NCBI GenBank assembly: GCA_013288985.1
Contig: JABDAT010000003.1
Location: forward strand, 4,183 to 68,182
From: Alphaproteobacteria bacterium
GTDB taxonomy: Bacteria > Pseudomonadota > Alphaproteobacteria > Rickettsiales > JABCZZ01
Length of the DNA: 64,000 bases
Direction: 5' to 3'
This document shows, piece after piece, positions 58,204 to 64,000 of the stretch. The position numbers were made by a program, and so were the translations under genes. Under the pieces are notes generated by a model. The model did no database searches. It saw nothing but the letters and a program-made list of their open reading frames with translations, and had not been told where the DNA came from. The number at the start of each line of letters is the position of its first letter. Within the stretch, counting starts at the first letter, position 1.

Positions 58204-58659
58204 ATGCCCGTTCATCATATAGATTCTCTTAATGATTCCCAATTTTATTCACAATTTAAACCCACACTTAGGAACGGTACACTTATTTATGCCATATCGA
58301 CTAATGATGAAGGGAAGATGCGTATAGCAACAAGCAATCCAGCGTGGTTACAAAAAGAATTGGCCATTTATGGGGTCAGCAGTACACAGGGCAGAAAAGA
58401 GCAAGAGCAAATAAATATTACTACTCACTCTGGTCGTACGGAAATAACGCCTACAGGGATAACGTTTGGCTATGAATATATAGATTCTACCTCAGATAAG
58501 ATAAGTATAGCACTTGGTGTATTAGTAAAAGAAGGGCTTTGCAGGGAAAAAGCCAATAAAATCGCCCAACAAGAAAATGTTGCAATACCCAACTCAGTTA
58601 AACTCCGAGGCATAGAGATATGCGCTGCTGGATTTAGACGAGGTATGGGAAGGTATTAG
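58204..58659 (+). CDS. orphan protein inserted between rplT and pheS
   Basis: AGGAG lies 4 nt upstream of the ATG. Visibly AT-rich, on the opposite strand to the flanking operon, with no recognisable family. Confidence 0.5.
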   Translation: MPVHHIDSLNDSQFYSQFKPTLRNGTLIYAISTNDEGKMRIATSNPAWLQKELAIYGVSSTQGRKEQEQINITTHSGRTEITPTGITFGYEYIDSTSDKISIALGVLVKEGLCREKANKIAQQENVAIPNSVKLRGIEICAAGFRRGMGRY

Positions 58660-58703
58660 AGACGAAGAATAATCTTTCGATCATCCCTCGTCTAATATCA
58701 ATA

Positions 58704-59072
58704 TTAAGCCGCTTTTTTGGTGAGTGCGGATTTTACCTGTTCAACAATGGCTTTGAACGCGTCGGGCTGGTGCACGGCGATGTCGGCCAGCACTTTGCGA
58801 TCAAGTTCGATGCCGGCATGAATCAGGCCGTTAGCGAACTGTGAGTACACCAGGCCGTGCTCGCGCACTGCGGCGTTGATGCGCTGAATCCACAGAGCGC
58901 GGAAGGTGCGCTTTTTATTGCGGCGATCGCGGTAAGCATATTGCAGGCCTTTTTCGACCTTTTCAATTGCGATACGAAAGCAGTTATTGGAACGTCCGCG
59001 ATAGCCTTTTGCCATCTTGAGGACTTTTTTGTGACGTGCGTGCGTGGTGACGCCGCGTTTAACATGTGCCAT
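58704..59072 (-). CDS. rplT: 50S ribosomal protein L20
   Basis: Begins [24 protein letters not shown]. Confidence 0.95.
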   Translation of the reverse strand: MAHVKRGVTTHARHKKVLKMAKGYRGRSNNCFRIAIEKVEKGLQYAYRDRRNKKRTFRALWIQRINAAVREHGLVYSQFANGLIHAGIELDRKVLADIAVHQPDAFKAIVEQVKSALTKKAA

Positions 59073-59084
59073 GAGGGATTCTCC

Positions 59085-59285
59085 TTAACCGTTGGGTAAA
59101 AACATTTTTTTCACCACTTTTGCATCTGCGTCGCAAAGAATGGTGGTGCCGCGTGCGTCACGGATAAAGCGCTTGGTGCGTTTTACCATGCCGTGGCGTT
59201 TACCGGCTTGACCAGCTTTTACTTTGCCGCTGGCGGTCAGGGAGAAGCGCTTTTTGGCGCCGCTTTTGGTCTTCACTTTTGGCAT
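59085..59285 (-). CDS. rpmI: 50S ribosomal protein L35
   Basis: Begins [14 protein letters not shown]. Length 66 aa. Confidence 0.95.
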   Translation of the reverse strand: MPKVKTKSGAKKRFSLTASGKVKAGQAGKRHGMVKRTKRFIRDARGTTILCDADAKVVKKMFLPNG

Positions 59286-59501
59286 TTTCTTATCCTCTTA
59301 CAAAGAGTTAACGAATCAAGTCGCCAAGGTATGCCAATACCCGGCCACTTTAAAGGAAGGGCTTTATACTCATCTCCCATAGGATATTCAAGCAAAAACT
59401 CATGGCAAACGCGCTATTGTAACGCGCTAGTAATAGCACTATATTATTATCCAAGTCTGGGCTATGCCCCACAACCAGATATATCCAACTAGGAGAATGC
59501 A

Positions 59502-60245
59502 ATGAATTACAACGAAAACAACCCTATGTCTTACTCAACAAGCGCCGATGCGGTGTCTTATGATGCAGGACTTCGCTCTTATATGCTGGGTGTCTATAAT
59601 TATATGGCCAGCGCCTTGGTGTTGACCGGTATTTTTGCCTATCTGGCATCGCATTGGGCGCCGCTGGTCAGCGCGCTTTATAATTTTGACGGGCGCCATT
59701 CTGGGCTCACCGGCCTTGGCATGTTAGTCGCTTTTGCGCCGTTTGCTTTCGTAATCGCTTTAAGTTTGGGGATTAACCGTTTAAGCCTGCCCGCCATGCA
59801 GGCGACGTTCTGGGCGTACTCAGCAGTAATGGGGCTTTCCCTGTCTTCTGTCTTCTTTGTCTATAGCGGGCAAAGCATTGTGCGCGTGTTTTTCATTACA
59901 GCGATTATGTTCGGCTCCATGAGCATGTGGGGTTACACTACCAAGCGTGATCTCAGCGGTGTGGGAAGTTTCATGTTTATGGGCTTATTCGGCGTCATAA
60001 TCGCTTCGCTGGTCAATATGTTTCTGCATAGCTCCGCGCTGCAGTTTGCCTTCTCGGTTGTGGGCGTGTTTGTGTTTATCGGCCTTACCGCTTGGGATAC
60101 GCAGAAGATTAAGGCGCTCTATTATCAGACGCAAGGCAACACGGTCGCTGCAGGTAAATCCGCCATCATGGGCGCGCTTAGCCTCTATCTGGATTTTATC
60201 AATCTTTTTTTGCTTATGCTGCAGTTCTTCAATGATCGCCGCTGA
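59502..60245 (+). CDS. Bax inhibitor-1/YccA-family membrane protein
   Basis: Seven hydrophobic segments. N-terminal YM..VY..M and a C-terminal GAL.LYLDFINLFL block. Confidence 0.85.
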   Translation: MNYNENNPMSYSTSADAVSYDAGLRSYMLGVYNYMASALVLTGIFAYLASHWAPLVSALYNFDGRHSGLTGLGMLVAFAPFAFVIALSLGINRLSLPAMQATFWAYSAVMGLSLSSVFFVYSGQSIVRVFFITAIMFGSMSMWGYTTKRDLSGVGSFMFMGLFGVIIASLVNMFLHSSALQFAFSVVGVFVFIGLTAWDTQKIKALYYQTQGNTVAAGKSAIMGALSLYLDFINLFLLMLQFFNDRR

Positions 60246-60270
60246 GAAAGTAATGAGTGGTTTGTGCTTA

Positions 60271-60293
60271 GTGCCTAGAAAAAATCTAGGCAC
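60271..60293 (+). terminator. perfect 9-bp stem hairpin (GTGCCTAGA-aaaaa-TCTAGGCAC)
   Basis: Lies 26 nt after the BI-1 stop. No T-tract follows, so terminator function is uncertain. Confidence 0.35.
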
Positions 60294-60319
60294 GAGGCAC
60301 TAAACACTTAGCAGTCCTC

Positions 60320-61084
60320 ATGACTCCCGACGACATAGAACATAGCCGTGCGCCGCTTATCAATCATCTGGTGGAATTCAGAAACCGCCTGATGAAGGCG
60401 TGCGTTGCGCTCGTTATTGGTTTTGGCGTCAGCTATTATTTCTCGGAAACTATTTACGCATTCCTGGTGCAGCCGCTTGCTAATTCCTACCCCAATCCCG
60501 AATCGCGCCGCCTGATCTATACGGGCCTTACCGAAGCGTTCATGACCTATGTGCATTTATCGTTGTTTGCCGGGTTGTTTCTGGCTTTTCCGGTGATTGC
60601 CTATCAGCTCTATATGTTCCTTGCGCCCGGCATGTATAAAAAGGAGCGCAAAGTGGTGATGCCTTATTTAGTTATTTCCCCTTTGTTATTCTTTGCGGGT
60701 GCGGCGCTGGCCTATTATTATATTTTTCCGGCGGCGTGGAAATTTTTCCTGAGTTTTGAAACCAATGCTCCCGGCGGCTTGCCCATTCAGCTGGAAGCCA
60801 GGGTGAGTGAATATCTCTCGCTTGTCATGCAGGTGCTGGTTGCTTTTGGTTTGGCGTTCCAGCTGCCGGTGGTGCTGACGCTTATGGCGCGTGTGGGCAT
60901 GGTAACATCGGTTCAGCTTGCGCGCGGCAGAAAATATGCCGCGCTTGCGATTGTAACCGTTGCCGCATTCCTGACGCCGCCGGATGTGTTAAGCCAGATC
61001 GGTCTTTCTATTCCGCTTTACCTGCTTTATGAAATCAGCATTATAGCCTGCCGCCATATAGAGAAGAGCAAACACGATGCATGA
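60320..61084 (+). CDS. tatC: twin-arginine translocase subunit TatC
   Basis: PL..HL.E.R.RL N-terminus and six TM helices, upstream of and overlapping serS. Confidence 0.9.
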   Translation: MTPDDIEHSRAPLINHLVEFRNRLMKACVALVIGFGVSYYFSETIYAFLVQPLANSYPNPESRRLIYTGLTEAFMTYVHLSLFAGLFLAFPVIAYQLYMFLAPGMYKKERKVVMPYLVISPLLFFAGAALAYYYIFPAAWKFFLSFETNAPGGLPIQLEARVSEYLSLVMQVLVAFGLAFQLPVVLTLMARVGMVTSVQLARGRKYAALAIVTVAAFLTPPDVLSQIGLSIPLYLLYEISIIACRHIEKSKHDA

Positions 61085-62351
61085 CATTAAATTTATCCGC
61101 GAGAACCCGGCCGCTTTTGATGAAGGCCTTAAAAGGCGCGGACTGCCACCGCAATCTGCGGAGATACTGAAACTCGACGAAGAAAAACGCGCACAGCAAA
61201 CGGAATTGCAGGAAGTGCAGAGCAAGCGCAATGGCTTTGCCAAGGCGATAGGGCAGGCCAAAGCCAAGGGTGAAGATGTAACGGCGATTATGGCGGAATC
61301 CAAAGCTATCAATGAACGCATTGCCGCGCTTGAGGCGCAGGTGAGTGAAGAAGGCGCGCTTACCCAATTGCTTTCTTCCATTGCCAATCTTCCTGCCGAC
61401 GATGTGCCGGTGGGCAGCAATGAAACTAGTAACGTGAAAGTCCGTGAACATGGCAATAAACCTGCTTTTGCTTTTACTCCTAAAGAACATTTCGATTTGG
61501 GTGAAAAACTGGGGCTGATGGATTTTGAACGGGCAGCCAAAATGTCCGGTGCGCGCTTTGTCGTGCTCAAAGGCCAGTTGGCCAGGTTAGAGCGTGCACT
61601 GGCGGCATTCTTTCTTGATACGCACACACAGGAGTTTGGCTATACTGAAGTGGCACCGCCATTTATGGTACGCGACAACGCTCTTTATGGCACGGGTCAG
61701 TTGCCAAAGTTCGGAGAAGATTTATTCAAAACCACCACCGATCATTATCTTATCCCCACTGCCGAAGTGCCGCTTACCAATCTGGTGAATGATGAAATAC
61801 TGAGCGAAGCCGATTTACCTTTGCGCTACACTGCTTATACACCTTGTTTTCGCTCGGAAGCGGGTTCAGCGGGCAGGGACACGCGCGGCATGATCCGCCA
61901 GCATCAATTTTCCAAAGTGGAAATGGTCAGCATCACCCATCCCGATGCATCGGACGCAGAACATGAACGTATGACGAAATGTGCGGAGGCATTGTTGCAG
62001 CGCCTGGACCTACCTTACCGCGTGATGCTGCTTTGCACCGGCGATATGGGATTTGGCGCGCGCAAAACCTATGATATTGAAGTATGGCTGCCCGGCCAGA
62101 ATGCCTACCGCGAGATTTCCAGCTGTTCTAATTGCGGTGATTTCCAGTCGCGGCGAATGAAAGCGCGGTTCCGTCCTAAAGACAGCAAAGCCACACAGTT
62201 TGTCCATACGCTAAATGGTTCAGGCTTGCCGATTGGCCGCACGCTCGTTGCTATTTTAGAGAATTACCAGCAGGCAGACGGCAGCATACTTATTCCCGAA
62301 GCGCTGCGGCCTTATATGGGCGGGGCGGATAAGATAGGCATTGGGCAATAG
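61077..62351 (+). CDS. serS: serine--tRNA ligase
   Basis: [10 protein letters not shown], a coiled-coil arm, and class II motifs (FRSEAGS and [13 protein letters not shown]). Confidence 0.93.
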   Translation: MHDIKFIRENPAAFDEGLKRRGLPPQSAEILKLDEEKRAQQTELQEVQSKRNGFAKAIGQAKAKGEDVTAIMAESKAINERIAALEAQVSEEGALTQLLSSIANLPADDVPVGSNETSNVKVREHGNKPAFAFTPKEHFDLGEKLGLMDFERAAKMSGARFVVLKGQLARLERALAAFFLDTHTQEFGYTEVAPPFMVRDNALYGTGQLPKFGEDLFKTTTDHYLIPTAEVPLTNLVNDEILSEADLPLRYTAYTPCFRSEAGSAGRDTRGMIRQHQFSKVEMVSITHPDASDAEHERMTKCAEALLQRLDLPYRVMLLCTGDMGFGARKTYDIEVWLPGQNAYREISSCSNCGDFQSRRMKARFRPKDSKATQFVHTLNGSGLPIGRTLVAILENYQQADGSILIPEALRPYMGGADKIGIGQ

Positions 62352-62379
62352 GGATGAAAGATTTTAGCATCATTATTGT

Positions 62380-62470
62380 GTCATTCCCGCGCAGGCGGGA
62401 ATCCATCCTAAAAGAGATCATATCGCGCCGGACAGCGCTCTTGATGGATCCCTGCTTTCGCGGGGATGAC
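62380..62470. repeat. inverted pair of 28-bp GC-rich palindromic elements with a 35-bp spacer
   Basis: gtcattcccgcgcaggcgggaatccatc (62380-62407) versus the reverse complement of 62443-62470, gtcatccccgcgaaagcagggatccatc. Each copy is itself a hairpin (cccgc-n4-gcggg). Confidence 0.8.
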
Positions 62471-62489
62471 AATTATGAATTGAGCCCAT

Positions 62490-63278
62490 ATGCCTAATGC
62501 CTCAAGCCCATTGCCTAGAATACTTATCACCAATGACGACGGAATAGATGCGCCGGGCCTGGCCCTGCTTGAGAAGATTGCGCGCGGTTTTTCCGATGAT
62601 GTTTGGGTGATCGCACCCGAAACCCAGCAGAGCGGCATGTCGCATTCGGTAAGCCTTAATAAGCCGCTGCGCTTTACTGAGCTTGCGCCCAAGCGTTTTT
62701 CCGTTTCAGGCACGCCGACCGACTGCGTGATAACCGCCATCCGCGCGATTATCCCTGAGCGGATTGATCTGGTGCTATCGGGCATTAACCGCGGGCCCAA
62801 TGTCGCTGACGATGTCACTCATTCAGGCACTGCCGCTGCTGCAATGGAAGGCGCACTCTATCATATTCCCTCGATTGCATTCTCGCAGGCCATTGATTTT
62901 GAATCCGACGACCCGTATGTTTATTGGGAAACGGCAGAGAAATATGCCGCTGAAATCATCGCTAAATTGCTCAAAAATCCGTGGGACAAAGAAACATTTT
63001 TTAATGTAAACTTTCCCGACTGCAAGCCCGAAGAGGTTAAAGGCATAAAATGCGTAGCCCAGGGCAAGCACCATTTTTACAAGGAGCTGTTGAAAACGGA
63101 AGAGAAAGACGGGCATCATTCTTACTGGGTCAATTGGGCGGATGCCGGTGCTGACCCACGCCGGCCCGATGTTGATATTCACTGGCTCGCCGAACATTAC
63201 GTTACGGTGACGCCTTTATGCCTGGATTTAACGCATTACACTACGCTGGAACGCATTAAGAAAACCATTGAACTATGA
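62490..63278 (+). CDS. surE: 5'/3'-nucleotidase SurE
   Basis: Contains ILITNDDGIDAPG, a GINRGPN block and a SGT...A block. Confidence 0.92.
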   Translation: MPNASSPLPRILITNDDGIDAPGLALLEKIARGFSDDVWVIAPETQQSGMSHSVSLNKPLRFTELAPKRFSVSGTPTDCVITAIRAIIPERIDLVLSGINRGPNVADDVTHSGTAAAAMEGALYHIPSIAFSQAIDFESDDPYVYWETAEKYAAEIIAKLLKNPWDKETFFNVNFPDCKPEEVKGIKCVAQGKHHFYKELLKTEEKDGHHSYWVNWADAGADPRRPDVDIHWLAEHYVTVTPLCLDLTHYTTLERIKKTIEL

Positions 63279-63928
63279 AATCCGCGCTCAATGCCGATAA
63301 TCTGCCAAACCGCATTCGCCTGCTCATGAAACTGCGTACGAGCGGCGTGACGGATACGCGCGTGCTTTCCGCCATGGAATCGATCCCGCGCGAGATGTTC
63401 GTGCCCGAAGCATTTCACGATAAAGCCTATGAGGATACCGCGCTGCCGATTGATTCCGGCCAGACCATCAGCCAGCCGAGTGTGGTTGCCTGGATGAGCT
63501 GGGCGCTGCAGGTGAGCGACCGCATGCGCGTGCTGGAGATTGGCACGGGGTCGGGTTATCAGGCATCCATCCTGTCGCGCCTTGCGCGTATGGTCTATAC
63601 GGTGGAGCGCCACAAGGATTTACTGCGCGTGGCCGAGGAGCGCTTCAAAATGCTGGGACTCAATAACATTATGACCCACGCCGGAGACGGCTCAAAGGGG
63701 TGGAAAACTGCCGCTCCGTTTGACCGCATTATTGTAACTGCAGCAGCCCATTCGGTGCCTGCAACCTTGCTTGAGCAACTGGCCGAAGGCGGGATTATGG
63801 TGATTCCCGTAGGCAGCGACACCGAGCAGATACTCCTCAGGATTGAAAAAACCCCTCAGGGCATTGTCCAGCAACATCTTATGATGGTGCGCTTTGTGCC
63901 TTTAGTCGAAGGCAAGCTGCCGAAGTAG
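63275..63928 (+). CDS. pcm: protein-L-isoaspartate O-methyltransferase
   Basis: QTISQP, SAM motif VLEIGTGSGYQ, and coupling to surE. Confidence 0.92.
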   Translation: MKSALNADNLPNRIRLLMKLRTSGVTDTRVLSAMESIPREMFVPEAFHDKAYEDTALPIDSGQTISQPSVVAWMSWALQVSDRMRVLEIGTGSGYQASILSRLARMVYTVERHKDLLRVAEERFKMLGLNNIMTHAGDGSKGWKTAAPFDRIIVTAAAHSVPATLLEQLAEGGIMVIPVGSDTEQILLRIEKTPQGIVQQHLMMVRFVPLVEGKLPK

Positions 63929-64000
63929 AAAGGCCTAATATATCATAGTGTTGCCTGTGTTAACCGAAAGGTAACCATTATGGGGTATTGTATGAGCTCA

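Noticed and set aside
62290-62818. ORFs at 62290-62472 and 62408-62818 crossing the serS-surE spacer.
   Set aside because: Their only distinctive segments (RLRGND and IPAKAGIH) are translations of the palindromic elements. The longer one is antisense to surE.
63992-64000. A possible start of the next gene (ATGAGCTCA) at the right edge.
   Set aside because: Only three codons are visible, so it cannot be supported.

Overview
This 64-kb window looks like an alphaproteobacterial chromosome segment. The assignment rests on gene content and order: divK-pleD, hpf then hprK-rapZ-EIIA(Man)-HPr, tatC-serS-surE-pcm, rpmI-rplT/pheS-pheT, and a PAS_5/DUF1457-type protein. Most of it is ordinary, tightly packed housekeeping:
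- Cell-wall enzymes: mltB-like, rlpA, and a PBP5-type carboxypeptidase.
- Core genes: tmk, holB, metG, tatD, tgt, recG, acs, gpsA, ileS, xthA, lpdA, purEK and pheST.

I saw no rRNA, tRNA, CRISPR array, transposase, integrase or phage genes.

The unusual content is a set of family-less ORFs, several of them visibly AT-rich, each wedged alone between conserved neighbours. The main observations are:
1. A 1.08-kb single-gene insert is bracketed by a 264-nt direct duplication of the tgt 3' end, which looks like an island or att-type scar.
2. A 710-aa single-pass membrane protein carries exact 66-bp (22-aa, 11-aa sub-period) tandem repeats.
3. A 791-aa orphan sits at the head of a dadA-hydrolase-dioxygenase-sulfurtransferase operon.
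4. A 299-aa ORF has protein-kinase-like motif spacing, and its start codon lies in the loop of a 12-bp hairpin.
5. A 151-aa ORF splits rplT from pheS on the opposite strand.
6. A secreted His/Gln/Asp/Arg heptad-repeat protein lies beside a TerC gene.

Other notable points:
- an E. coli-like Dam methylase in an alphaproteobacterial context
- an AraM-like glycerol-1-phosphate dehydrogenase
- a GT2 + GT-C-like + two acyltransferase-3 envelope-modification cluster
- an enlarged adenosine-deaminase-family protein coupled to a membrane-anchored partner
- an inverted pair of GC-rich palindromic elements between serS and surE

I cannot name one coherent new multi-gene system with confidence. The best candidates for new biology are the orphan and repeat proteins, which may be host-interaction effectors of a host-associated lineage, and the tgt-targeted insertion. 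All function calls come from reading the translations against remembered family motifs. No database search was run.
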